Origin: a virus
Lineage: Duplodnaviria; Heunggongvirae; Uroviricota; Caudoviricetes
IMG/VR virus record: IMGVR_UViG_2529292883_000006
DNA: 40,402 nt
Direction: 5' to 3' (one strand)
Both the position numbers and the translations under genes were made by a program. The notes under the pieces were generated by a model. That model worked only from the letters and a program-made list of their open reading frames with translations, was not told the DNA's origin and searched no databases. This document shows, piece by piece, positions 1 through 8,589 of the stretch. Each line of letters starts with the position of its first letter. The first letter of the stretch is position 1.

Positions 1-669
1 TCATGCGTCAGCGGATTCACCCCCCCCCGCCGCCAGCGTCGCGCCAAGCGTTGCTAGTTCAACAGTATTGATGAGCGTGGAGCACTGACGGGTGTACACG
101 TCACAGGCTTCCATTGCATCACAATAGAGATATCCGGCGGAGTACAGCAGCCAGGCAATGGCCCGGTTATGGAAGTTGGTTGTTTGTTCCGACTGGTTGA
201 CTTCGTCAGAGAGCGCTACCAGCTCACCAGCCAGTTGCTGTTGGATATGTAAAATTCGCTGCCAGCGTTGTTCGGCATTTTCAGCGTTAATCAGGCTGGT
301 GGTGGCAATAGCGCCAGCATTTACCAGTGGCGACAGCGGTTTGCCGCCATGCAACTCTAAGGCGATAACTGAGTTAAAGGGCAATCCGGTCGGGTCAGCG
401 CCAATTTTGTCCTGTACCGCCTGCGGGCCGACATCTTCTAACGCAAGGGCTAACGTACAGACTTTCGAGATGGATTCCAGCGCAAAGCGGTAATCACTGT
501 CACCCGCACTATAGACGTTGCCATCGCAGGTCACGATAGCCACTGCCGCCAGTTGACCTGGTACATTCGCCAGAAAGGGAATGTAATCGGCATTTTGTCC
601 GCCGTTAAGTGAGTGAAATTGGGTGTAAGCCTGATCCACTGCCTGCTGTAATTTGTTTGCATCTAACAT
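1..669 (-). CDS. glsA: Glutaminase (GlsA/YbaS family); 222 codons, reading frame closes at a stop on the window edge immediately after a 9-nt C homopolymer (pos 20-28)
   Basis: Translation MLDANKLQQAVDQAYTQFHSLNGGQNADYIPFLANVPGQ... matches enterobacterial glutaminase 1 as I recall it. The recalled family length is ~310 aa; an alternative frame past the poly-C tract reads VNPLTH, suggesting frameshift or sequencing error. Confidence 0.85.
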   Translation of the reverse strand: MLDANKLQQAVDQAYTQFHSLNGGQNADYIPFLANVPGQLAAVAIVTCDGNVYSAGDSDYRFALESISKVCTLALALEDVGPQAVQDKIGADPTGLPFNSVIALELHGGKPLSPLVNAGAIATTSLINAENAEQRWQRILHIQQQLAGELVALSDEVNQSEQTTNFHNRAIAWLLYSAGYLYCDAMEACDVYTRQCSTLINTVELATLGATLAAGGGESADA

Positions 670-851
670 CTTTTGTTAACTCCTTTTTATAGATGCGGGA
701 GGTAATTCCTCACCCCGGTGCCGATTTTCAGGCATCCTGATTTAACTTAGCACCCGCAACTTAACTACAGGAAAACAAAGAGATAAATGTCTAATCCTGA
801 TGCAAATCGAGCCGATTTTTTAATCTTTACGGACTTTTACTCGCCTGGGTT

Positions 852-879
852 ATTAATTTCTTGACCTTCCCCTTGCTGG
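852..879. repeat. attL core (left copy of 28-bp direct repeat)
   Basis: Exact match to 37819-37846. The flanking sequence diverges immediately (ctgg|gaggatctc here versus ctgg|aaggtttaacc at attR). Confidence 0.7.
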
Positions 880-937
880 GAGGATCTCAATAGGCGCAGT
901 ACCGTAACATACTGCGCCAATTCAACATTTTACAGAC

Positions 938-1975
938 TTAACTACCCTCTAAAATCCCCACTTTGCCTCCAAAGTGTGGACACAATGTGGACATTCCCAC
1001 AAGAGGATTATAATTCACTGCATCCAATAAATAATCAGGTGCAAAATGAGCATATGTCATTGTTTGTGAAATATCTGCGTGACCAAGAATTCTTTGTAAC
1101 GCAATTATATTCCCGCCCTTCATCATAAAATGAGTAGCAAACGTATGACGCAATGCATGAGCTGCCTGACCATCAGGTAAATTAGGTTTTGCCTCTTTCA
1201 TTTTTAAACGAAAAGTTTTGTAACTCACACGAAAAAGTCGACCAGATTCGCGATGCCTTACAATATTTACAACCTCATCTGAAACGGGAACAACTCGCCG
1301 ATCACCATTTTTTGTAAGCGTAAATATAACCCTATTGCCCACAATGTTTTCGGCTTTGAGCTGATAAGCCTCACCCCACCTTGCACCAGTTGCAAGCAAG
1401 AGAACTGCAATCCGGAAATAATCACCAGAGCATAAGGATAATAACCGCTTAACCTCAGACTCAGTAAAGTAAGACATCTCAGTTTTTGGCTCTTTTAAAG
1501 CAGATATTGCCGCCACAGGATTTTCACCATGAAACTCATCGATCTCAGCCATCGCCTTAAACATACCGCTCAGGGCAAAAAGGTCATGGTTAATCGTTGA
1601 AGCCTTTATACCTTGCCCCAATCTATACGCCCGGTATTCGATAAGGCATCGACCATCAATCTGGTAAATCATGGGATCCCCCATATCCTGGCAAATACAG
1701 CTTAACGCACTAAGCCTACGATTAGCGTAGTTCTTATTACGTCCAATGAGCTGCCACCACAAAGCGATAAACTCACTCAGTCGCCGCTTGTCTGCTGGAC
1801 GACTCAGGTAGTCATGGTTTTGATACTTTGCAATGATGCTTCGTTCAAAAGCATGCGCCTCCGCTTTTCTCTCAAACTTCCGCCGGATACGCTTTCCGTC
1901 GCGCCCGCGCGGCCTTACATCCACTTCATAGCGACCATCTTCGAGCTTCTTAACAGACACAAGAAGTCCCTCCAA
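938..1975 (-). CDS. int: Tyrosine site-specific integrase (P2 Int-like)
   Basis: 345 aa. The N-terminus KKLEDGRYEVDVRPRGRDGKRIRRKF and the C-terminal HALRHTFATHF...LQRILGHADISQTMTYAHF (catalytic R, H-x-x-R, Y) follow the phage-integrase pattern. It sits adjacent to attL. Confidence 0.9.
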   Translation of the reverse strand: MEGLLVSVKKLEDGRYEVDVRPRGRDGKRIRRKFERKAEAHAFERSIIAKYQNHDYLSRPADKRRLSEFIALWWQLIGRNKNYANRRLSALSCICQDMGDPMIYQIDGRCLIEYRAYRLGQGIKASTINHDLFALSGMFKAMAEIDEFHGENPVAAISALKEPKTEMSYFTESEVKRLLSLCSGDYFRIAVLLLATGARWGEAYQLKAENIVGNRVIFTLTKNGDRRVVPVSDEVVNIVRHRESGRLFRVSYKTFRLKMKEAKPNLPDGQAAHALRHTFATHFMMKGGNIIALQRILGHADISQTMTYAHFAPDYLLDAVNYNPLVGMSTLCPHFGGKVGILEGS

Positions 1976-2029
1976 CAGTCAGTTCACCATCCTGAAAACA
2001 AATGGTGAAAATGTAATGTTTATAAAGCG

Positions 2030-2329
2030 TTAACCAATCTGTTTCCCGGAGGGGCCAGATTGTGTTGTCTCTGGCCCAGTGTGTGCAAGAGCCGGGGCGA
2101 TCTGACCTCGGCTAGGGTCTATACGGTCATACATGAACCAATCTTGATATTTATGGAAACGGGGATGACCAAAGAGTTTGATCGCAGCCTCCAATGACAT
2201 TTTCGCCTTGCCTAGCTCATAACCGTTGTACGTACCATAATTTACACCAATCAAATCAGCAACTTGCTTAGATTTAAGGCGTTCTGAATCTCGGATTAAC
2301 TGTAGTTTTTCATGTTGTGGTATTGACAT
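2030..2329 (-). CDS. Immunity repressor, P2 C-like (HTH)
   Basis: 99 aa with the motif ...GQIAPALAH... and an HTH segment (QVADLIGVNYGTYNGYELG). It lies immediately upstream of int on the same strand, as in P2. Confidence 0.8.
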   Translation of the reverse strand: MSIPQHEKLQLIRDSERLKSKQVADLIGVNYGTYNGYELGKAKMSLEAAIKLFGHPRFHKYQDWFMYDRIDPSRGQIAPALAHTGPETTQSGPSGKQIG

Positions 2330-2453
2330 AATATATCAGATCTCTCATTGTATACATTAATTGACACTCGCAAGCGGCGTTGACCGCTCATAACACCAAG
2401 GGCTTGCTGAGCTAAACATGCCTCAACAAGCCTCAAGCAGTGGAGTTTATCAA
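2330..2453. promoter_or_regulatory. Divergent lysogenic/early promoter-operator region (putative)
   Basis: Intergenic region between the divergent repressor gene and the early operon. It contains direct repeats ttgacactcg / ttgaccgctc. No promoter was mapped. Confidence 0.3.
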
Positions 2454-2915
2454 ATGAAAGAAATGCGAGAAAACGAATTAAATATGGAAACTCATTTTTT
2501 ACGTCAGTTCCCGATAGACAACGGACGAGCTCTGCGTACCTGCAAAATGACAGAGACACAAGCTGCGCGTATCAGGGACATCAGCCTGGAAGAGCTACAA
2601 AAACAAATCTTCGCTACTCCGGAAGAGTTTGCTTATCTAACTGGTCGCACCCTCAAATCGGTGCGCAACCTGATGGATCGTGCGCAGGTGCCAGTTCATA
2701 GAGAAGGCATGCCCGGGTCAAAGCGCCCTAAACGCTTCATCATGTTGCAAGAATACTGGAAAGCTGTTGCTCATTGCCGCGCTCTCATCACTCCGGAAGA
2801 AAAGCACTACATTGATCGTCTGATGCGTGACAAGAAGACTTATCGCCGCACAACCAGTAGAGGGCATCGGGTTCTAAAACGCAATAGCATCAGCGCACTG
2901 CAGGCAGGCTTATAA
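2454..2915 (+). CDS. First early-operon protein (Cox/Apl position); putative DNA-binding regulator, start uncertain
   Basis: ORF 2418-2915. The ATG at 2454 has a GGAG 10 nt upstream. The protein is basic; no family was recognised with certainty. Confidence 0.4.
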   Translation: MKEMRENELNMETHFLRQFPIDNGRALRTCKMTETQAARIRDISLEELQKQIFATPEEFAYLTGRTLKSVRNLMDRAQVPVHREGMPGSKRPKRFIMLQEYWKAVAHCRALITPEEKHYIDRLMRDKKTYRRTTSRGHRVLKRNSISALQAGL

Positions 2916-2917
2916 AC

Positions 2918-3331
2918 ATGAATACTGATAGCACAGATAAAGCGTTACTGAAGCACTTGGAAACCCTTAAAAACGAAAAGCCACACCAGAAGGTTTTACT
3001 CGTTTTTCCAGGTAAGCCGCAGGTCGAAATCAGCGTTGACTACCACGAATTACACAGAACGTTCGCTGGCCTGATGGCATTAAAATCAAAGCTTCAGAAT
3101 GGCAAAGATTTGAAAGATATCACTCTGCATCCTGACGATGAATACGGCCATTTTTGTCGAGATGGCATCAAAGAAACTATTGGAATGATTTTAGAACCAA
3201 TATACGGAGTTGCGCTCCGTTTCCCCGCCAAAGAAGTCTTTAAGCTTTATCGACAAATTTTAAGCAGTGACAACATGGTTATTGAGGTCGGAAATGTGCC
3301 AGAGAAAATCTCCGGCACTGGAGTTAAATAA
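2918..3331 (+). CDS. Hypothetical early protein
   Basis: 137-aa ORF, tightly packed after the preceding gene. Confidence 0.5.
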   Translation: MNTDSTDKALLKHLETLKNEKPHQKVLLVFPGKPQVEISVDYHELHRTFAGLMALKSKLQNGKDLKDITLHPDDEYGHFCRDGIKETIGMILEPIYGVALRFPAKEVFKLYRQILSSDNMVIEVGNVPEKISGTGVK

Positions 3332-3514
3332 TCACTCAGGAAGAATCCATGCACTTGCCTGAGGATATTTTCTTAACGCAAGAGTACGCAAGTCATTCGC
3401 GAGCTGACGAATGGTTTTTGATGGCTCTCCTTTATTCGGAGGATTGACCGGCGCTTCCCCTAACACAGAAATTGCCGCATTTAGCGCATCAATAACCTTT
3501 TTATCATAGGACAT
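3332..3514 (-). CDS. Hypothetical small protein (60 aa), convergent and abutting the previous gene
   Basis: ORF with AAGGA-type RBS (rc of 3521-3527) upstream of the ATG. It meets the 2918-3331 gene end-to-end with zero spacing. Confidence 0.4.
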   Translation of the reverse strand: MSYDKKVIDALNAAISVLGEAPVNPPNKGEPSKTIRQLANDLRTLALRKYPQASAWILPE

Positions 3515-3607
3515 ATTTTATTCCTTGTGGTTGGTTGAACACGCGCCCTTTACAGCCCCTTCAAGACTGCGGGCGCTGGAAAAATACCACAAAACCATGC
3601 GCCGGGC

Positions 3608-4006
3608 ATGGCTAAAACCCGGCACAAATTCGCAACAGCAGCAGGATATTTTTGTATGAAGCAACGACGTAATTCTTCACAGCAACGCTTCCGCAACGGG
3701 GCGGAACTCCACGCTAACCGTTTCGCTACCAGCGCATCACGCAGCAGCTCTCGCTACAGCCTGAGCGAAACACACGCCACACCTGATGGCCATCCCGTAA
3801 AACAAATTGGCGAACACACCTGGCTGATTGAAAAAGCTGGAATCGTGGTCCACAAATGCCCACGCAATCCGTTTACCGGAAGCCGCATTTTTGCACTAAG
3901 CAGCGGCGACAATCAGTTCGGGCAGGATTTCACATTATACGAAGCACTTCGCACGGTTGATCGTCTGCTTCGCGGACAAAGTTTTATTAAACAGGTTGAT
4001 TTATAA
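3608..4006 (+). CDS. Hypothetical early protein (start may be the internal ATG at 3656)
   Basis: ORF in the early operon. No SD is visible before 3608; a weak one precedes 3656. Confidence 0.45.
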   Translation: MAKTRHKFATAAGYFCMKQRRNSSQQRFRNGAELHANRFATSASRSSSRYSLSETHATPDGHPVKQIGEHTWLIEKAGIVVHKCPRNPFTGSRIFALSSGDNQFGQDFTLYEALRTVDRLLRGQSFIKQVDL

Positions 4007-4016
4007 CAGGTGATTT

Positions 4017-4268
4017 ATGACCAAAGAGTATGCACAAGGTGTATTTATCCGTTTTATTGATTCTCGCGGTGAACTGTTATTGCGTGCATCAGCTATCAAT
4101 GGTGTGGCCAAGACAAAAGACGCAACCACTCATATTTATTTGGACAGCACCGCACAACTGATCGTGGAGCTTCCGTACCAGACTGTACGTGAAGTCATTA
4201 GCGAAGCTGAAAAGGCACGTCAGATTAATAGCGATGAACCATACATCGAAATTATCTGCATGGATTAA
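4017..4268 (+). CDS. Hypothetical early protein (83 aa)
   Basis: ORF with short spacing to its neighbours. Confidence 0.5.
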   Translation: MTKEYAQGVFIRFIDSRGELLLRASAINGVAKTKDATTHIYLDSTAQLIVELPYQTVREVISEAEKARQINSDEPYIEIICMD

Positions 4269-4303
4269 GAAGCTGAAACCCAGAAGACAGATTAAAGGGT
4301 GTT

Positions 4304-4549
4304 GTGATGGGCAAAGAATATAAAACTCTCATTAACAAAGCACTTGAGCGTTTTTATTTTCGCTTAAGTGCATCAGGCGCTCATGCTGAACGTGCAGCCC
4401 GTGACTCATTGACCAGGGCAATCCGGAGTCTGTATGACGTGGCTTTTTACGCTGATGATCTGGATGCACTTAACGAACTTTCCGAGCTTATCTGTGCAGC
4501 AGAATGTGGGGAACATATTGAACCGTATAAGCTGGGGAATATTGCATGA
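4304..4549 (+). CDS. Hypothetical early protein (81 aa)
   Basis: ORF with GGGTG-type RBS region upstream. Confidence 0.5.
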   Translation: MMGKEYKTLINKALERFYFRLSASGAHAERAARDSLTRAIRSLYDVAFYADDLDALNELSELICAAECGEHIEPYKLGNIA

Positions 4550-4659
4550 GTATATTTATCTCATGGCTTGTTCTGATTATTTCGGTGGCCTGCGCCATTG
4601 GGATTATGCGAATTATTCATTCAGTAAAAAAGATTGAACGCTTTTTCACTGACGAATAA
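4546..4659 (+). CDS. Putative small single-TM membrane protein (37 aa)
   Basis: ATGA start/stop overlap with the upstream gene. Translation MSIFISWLVLIISVACAIGIMRIIHSVKKIERFFTDE has a hydrophobic core. It is below the ORF-track size cutoff. Confidence 0.3.
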   Translation: MSIFISWLVLIISVACAIGIMRIIHSVKKIERFFTDE

Positions 4660-4751
4660 CAGCTTAAACAAAACACCAGATTAAACCCGAAAATCTGAAA
4701 ACTATCCGCATTCGCGGAGGTATTCGCACACGTAAATAACGGAGATATAAA

Positions 4752-5168
4752 ATGAACGCAAAAGAAGAAGGCATTATCGACACATTAAAAAAAATATCAG
4801 AAGCGGAAGATGAAATGGCTAAAGATGCCGTGAAGCGTAGCCAACATATGGCAGCACTTCACGCACTGACCATTGCAAAAATCACCGCTGACGCAGCCAA
4901 AATTATTGAGGAACAGAGCAAAGAAATCGACACTCTTAAAACACAGTCAACAGTTGCAGCCATGAATCCGTCCAGCATTGGACGCTGCATTTATATTCTT
5001 GGTTCAGCAATGATGCTGCAATACACCATTATTGCCGAACTGCACGGCAAATACCTGATAACGCCTTACCACACAAAAGAGTCAGAGCTTCTGACAAATA
5101 TCCGCCTGATAGAACGCTCTCAAGCTGTATTCATTGATGACGCGCAACGTGCCGTATTTAACGCATAG
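4752..5168 (+). CDS. Hypothetical early protein (138 aa)
   Basis: ORF with GGAG RBS (cggagatataaaATG). Confidence 0.5.
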   Translation: MNAKEEGIIDTLKKISEAEDEMAKDAVKRSQHMAALHALTIAKITADAAKIIEEQSKEIDTLKTQSTVAAMNPSSIGRCIYILGSAMMLQYTIIAELHGKYLITPYHTKESELLTNIRLIERSQAVFIDDAQRAVFNA

Positions 5169-5191
5169 GGTTACTGGACAAAGGGGGCGCA

Positions 5192-5395
5192 ATGGCAATT
5201 AAGCATTTTTCCGTCGTTCGCTTTACCTCCAGAGGGCGCGAATACGAGGTCGACGAACGCCTGATTACCACTATCGACAAACATCGTTCGGAAAAGGATG
5301 CACACCACATCTACCTCACTGACGGCACTTACTTCTGCGCCACCAACGTGGCGCGAGTAAATCTTATCCGACAGGTACAGGAGCCACGCAGATGA
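5192..5395 (+). CDS. Hypothetical early protein (67 aa)
   Basis: ORF with GGGGG RBS; its stop overlaps the next start. Confidence 0.45.
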   Translation: MAIKHFSVVRFTSRGREYEVDERLITTIDKHRSEKDAHHIYLTDGTYFCATNVARVNLIRQVQEPRR

Positions 5396-5658
5396 CCATT
5401 CTGGACTACATCGCTACTCATCCGGGGTGTAGCGGCGGAGAGATCGCCGCAGCACTGAATACCCCAACCACAGCCATTAATGCTGAGTTACGCCAACTTT
5501 GGCGCGGCGGCTTAGTCATCAGAACAAACCGCAGCACAGGTGGTCGCGCTCGCAAAACTGGAGGCCAGGCTTCTTACCACGTAAACCCGATGCCGTTCGG
5601 GTGTAGCAATCCACTTATTCACATGTTTAACCAGCTACTGAAGGAAGCCAGAACATGA
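5392..5658 (+). CDS. Putative winged-helix DNA-binding protein (88 aa)
   Basis: Translationally coupled ORF. The segment GGEIAAALNTPTTAINAELRQLWRGGLV resembles an HTH/wHTH recognition region. Confidence 0.5.
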   Translation: MTILDYIATHPGCSGGEIAAALNTPTTAINAELRQLWRGGLVIRTNRSTGGRARKTGGQASYHVNPMPFGCSNPLIHMFNQLLKEART

Positions 5659-5954
5659 GCACCATCAACCACCAGAAGCTACGCGAACTGGCATTTGCCC
5701 TGCAACGAATGGCAACTCCTCAAAAATTACTGGCATTTCGCGCAATGCTCTCGCCGTCTGCTGTGCTGGCACTGCTGGATGAGCTGGAGCACGCCAGAAC
5801 CACGGCTCCTGCCATTCGCCTGACACTCCATCATGAAATCAAGGATTTCTGCGCGACGCTGGAGTCACCAGGTGAATCAGAAACACCGGAGGCAATGCAG
5901 CAAGAGCTGCTGCAACGCATTGACAAGGTTTTCGATTTTTTCCTTAACCAGTAA
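5655..5954 (+). CDS. Hypothetical early protein (99 aa)
   Basis: Coupled ORF (ATGA overlap). Confidence 0.5.
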   Translation: MSTINHQKLRELAFALQRMATPQKLLAFRAMLSPSAVLALLDELEHARTTAPAIRLTLHHEIKDFCATLESPGESETPEAMQQELLQRIDKVFDFFLNQ

Positions 5955-5964
5955 GGGCCGCAAC

Positions 5965-6168
5965 ATGAACAACAAGACATGGTTTCGTGCATATGCATGG
6001 GCGCTGGTATGCGTCCTCGTCTCTCTCATTCTGTATGTAGGGGTACTCCCCCGAATGATTTCATCAGACAGCTCCTTCCTGGTATTGCTGGGCATTTTCA
6101 TTGCCATGCTGTACCCGGCAGGCGTTGTTCGCCTTTTCAGTAAGTACATCAAGGAAATTAAACAATGA
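5965..6168 (+). CDS. Small two-TM membrane protein (67 aa), coupled to the downstream SPFH gene
   Basis: Translation has two hydrophobic helices (WALVCVLVSLILYVGVL; FLVLLGIFIAMLY). AAGGG RBS. Its stop overlaps the ATG of the next gene. Confidence 0.5.
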   Translation: MNNKTWFRAYAWALVCVLVSLILYVGVLPRMISSDSSFLVLLGIFIAMLYPAGVVRLFSKYIKEIKQ

Positions 6169-6995
6169 AGAAATTCAGACTCTTTCAGATTCTCCCGCTT
6201 TTTGCCGCCATCCTGCTGGTTGGCTGCGATCGCGTTGAGCCAGGTAATGTGGGCATCAAAGTCAACAAGCTGGGCGACGACAAAGGCGTTGGCGAAGTGG
6301 TTGGCGTTGGTCGCTACTGGACTGGCTGGAATACCGAGGTTTACATCTTCCCGACCTTCAAACAAATGAAGACCTACGATGAGCCGTTCAGCTTTCAGAT
6401 GAGTGACGGCACAACCATCGGCTATCACATCGGTGTGGCCTACAAGGTTGATCCATCCAAAGTTACTACAGTGTTTCAGACCTACCGCAAAGGCGTGGAT
6501 GACATTACCGACACTGACCTGCGCCAGAAGATCGCCGACGCACTCAACCGACTGGCCAGCAAAATGACCACCGATAAATTTATCGACGGTGGCAAGTCTG
6601 AACTGCTGGATTCAGCACTTAAAGACATTCAGGCAGAAATGACACCTATCGGCATTCAGGTAATGAGCCTCTCTTATGTCGGTAAACCGGAATACCCACC
6701 AACCGTTATCGACAGCATTAATGCCAAAGTCACGGCAAACCAGAAAACTCTGCAACGCGAGCAGGAAGTCAAGCAACGCGAAGCAGAAGCCAACATGCTG
6801 CGCGCAGAAGCTGCCGGACAAGCTGATGCCATTCGCACAAAAGCCCAGGCTGAAGCCGACGCCATTCGTTTGCGCGGTGAAGCTCTGCGTCAGAATCCCG
6901 GCGTTATGGAGCTGGAAGCGATTAACAAATGGAACGGCACGCTGCCGCAATACATGACCAGTAATACCGCTGTTCCGTTTGTTCCGGTGAAGTAA
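6165..6995 (+). CDS. SPFH/Band-7 (prohibitin/stomatin-like) domain lipoprotein
   Basis: Signal peptide with lipobox (LLVGC). The C-terminal Ala/Glu-rich coiled-coil stretch (EQEVKQREAEANMLRAEAAGQADAIRTKAQAEADAIR) is typical of SPFH proteins. Confidence 0.75.
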   Translation: MKKFRLFQILPLFAAILLVGCDRVEPGNVGIKVNKLGDDKGVGEVVGVGRYWTGWNTEVYIFPTFKQMKTYDEPFSFQMSDGTTIGYHIGVAYKVDPSKVTTVFQTYRKGVDDITDTDLRQKIADALNRLASKMTTDKFIDGGKSELLDSALKDIQAEMTPIGIQVMSLSYVGKPEYPPTVIDSINAKVTANQKTLQREQEVKQREAEANMLRAEAAGQADAIRTKAQAEADAIRLRGEALRQNPGVMELEAINKWNGTLPQYMTSNTAVPFVPVK

Positions 6996-7000
6996 TTAAA

Positions 7001-7046
7001 CCCGGCCAGTGAAAATCGCTGGCCGGAGCAGTATCAGGATTTTTTA
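7001..7046 (+). terminator. Putative intrinsic terminator after the early operon
   Basis: Hairpin ccggccag...ctggccgg followed at a distance by a T-run (ttttt at 7041-7045). Confidence 0.4.
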
Positions 7047-7362
7047 GTATGCCGTTCTCACAAAAAAACCGCTTGCCATGCCGCAATCAGTCAGGTTACA
7101 TTTCCGCTGCACCTCATAAAACGGGTGCCGGGATTTCCACCCCGCTGACAACTACAGCGCACAACCGCGCCAGCGGTTTTTTTGTGCGTACTGTATCGCC
7201 ACGTCTTTTTCGCACACGAATTATGGTGGGGCGTATGGGGCCGACTTCGGTCGGGCCGGGTTCTGTAGTTGCCGGTTGTGGAAACCCTGTACGTCTCACC
7301 ACCCCGAGTTTTCCACCTCTGGATGGTGAGTTTTCAAAACTTGCAACTACAGAGGCCACACC

Positions 7363-7593
7363 ATGGCAAACCGCAAACATCACCGCGCTATCGCGGAGCG
7401 TCGTCACATCCAGACTGAAATCGATCGCAGACTCACCCGCGCTGCACACATCGCCTTTATCATGCAATCCAACACATTGCACAGACTCAACAGCACTATT
7501 TCAGCCGACTACTGCGCCGCTGTATTCAGCTATCTGGCGGAAGACCTCCTGTCTCTTCAGGATCTCATCCAGCAGCAAAACAAACTCCATTAA
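7363..7593 (+). CDS. Hypothetical small protein (76 aa), weakly supported
   Basis: ORF preceded by ~300 bp of structured non-coding sequence and followed by a stem-loop at 7603-7636. Weak RBS. Confidence 0.3.
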   Translation: MANRKHHRAIAERRHIQTEIDRRLTRAAHIAFIMQSNTLHRLNSTISADYCAAVFSYLAEDLLSLQDLIQQQNKLH

Positions 7594-7687
7594 TTCCTGT
7601 TCCAGGCCTCTCCTGCGCTTTGCAGCGGGAGGCCTGCGCACACCTATAACAAGGAGATTAGCTATGGCTAATGTTTTTGTTTACTCA

Positions 7688-8101
7688 TTATTTAAAGGGG
7701 GATTCGTCACCCCCTTCAAAATCATCATCGTCAAAATAATCATCGAAATCATCATCATCTTCTTCGGGCGCAGGAGGGTTTACAGGAATATCAACAAGTT
7801 TCATTTTTCCACTTGCTATATCAGCCTTTACTTTTGGCAAGGCAAAAACCGCGTCATATCCGCGAAAAACCTCCCCATCACCAAGAATATTGGTGAGCCC
7901 GAGTCTTTTCAAAAACTCACAAATAGAAACGTAATCTCCAAGCCCAGAACCGGTAATAGCTCGGTAAATAAATCCATTATGAAAAAGAGCAACTGGATAG
8001 GGAGCTGCTCCCCACGGATCTCGAGGACGCCCCTCAAGCCACAGACTTATTTTTTCATCGTAATCAGGTCGTTCGCACTCTCTTGTATATCGATGTTTCA
8101 T
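7688..8101 (-). CDS. Hypothetical protein with strongly acidic C-terminal tail (EEDDDDFDDYFDDDDFEGGDE), opposite orientation to the early operon
   Basis: 137-aa ORF on the minus strand with its own upstream region (8102-8199). Composition is unlike the overlapping frames. Confidence 0.6.
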   Translation of the reverse strand: MKHRYTRECERPDYDEKISLWLEGRPRDPWGAAPYPVALFHNGFIYRAITGSGLGDYVSICEFLKRLGLTNILGDGEVFRGYDAVFALPKVKADIASGKMKLVDIPVNPPAPEEDDDDFDDYFDDDDFEGGDESPFK

Positions 8102-8199
8102 TGGTTTTTTCTCTCTTTTTACATGGAAATAAATAATTTACGAAACACAACCACTAACCGCCAAGCCCCTAATGAAAATTTATACAAGAGGGGAGTTGT

Positions 8200-8589
8200 A
8201 TGATTGACCATCATGACTTCGTAAAATGGGTGCGCCCACAGGACACCCGTCTGGCTCCCGTTCTCCAGGGATTATTTGATCTCTACATCCGTGGTCGTGA
8301 CAACAGAGCGCGCACTACAAAACCGGAGAATGCGGACACCCTTTATTTCACAGTAGACGACTGCTACCGCGTGGACTTCACACCACACGGACTGGCGTTG
8401 CACTGCCTGACACCGCACGGCGAATCACTGCTGGCGTATTACGACTCCCCGGCCTCCGTATTTGCGGCAATGCTGGCGCATCGCACTGCTGGCGGGTGTG
8501 CCTCGCTGAGTGAATACACCGCTGAGTTTAACCGCCTTTCCGCCCTCTTCTCACAGGAGTGGCAGCGCGTGACGGGATACCAGCCATGA
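8200..8589 (+). CDS. Hypothetical protein upstream of and coupled to gene A
   Basis: RBS agaggggag before the ATG. Its stop overlaps the gene A ATG (ATGA at 8586-8589). Confidence 0.55.
   Translation: MIDHHDFVKWVRPQDTRLAPVLQGLFDLYIRGRDNRARTTKPENADTLYFTVDDCYRVDFTPHGLALHCLTPHGESLLAYYDSPASVFAAMLAHRTAGGCASLSEYTAEFNRLSALFSQEWQRVTGYQP

Noticed and set aside
852-879. Possibility that the prophage integrated into a tRNA or tmRNA gene
   Set aside because: The att core matches the copA promoter/CueR operator and no tRNA-like cloverleaf is evident at either junction.
7225-7310. Possible tRNA in the structured non-coding region
   Set aside because: The terminal segments (ggtgggg / caccacccc) do not form a 7-bp acceptor stem and no anticodon-arm geometry could be built by eye. 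Left as unclassified structured RNA.
7049-8203. 384-aa plus-strand ORF spanning the non-coding region and the acidic-protein gene
   Set aside because: Its translation is low-complexity (runs of I, S, T, R). It overlaps the better-supported minus-strand gene 7688-8101 and spans a terminator-like hairpin. Most likely a chance open frame.
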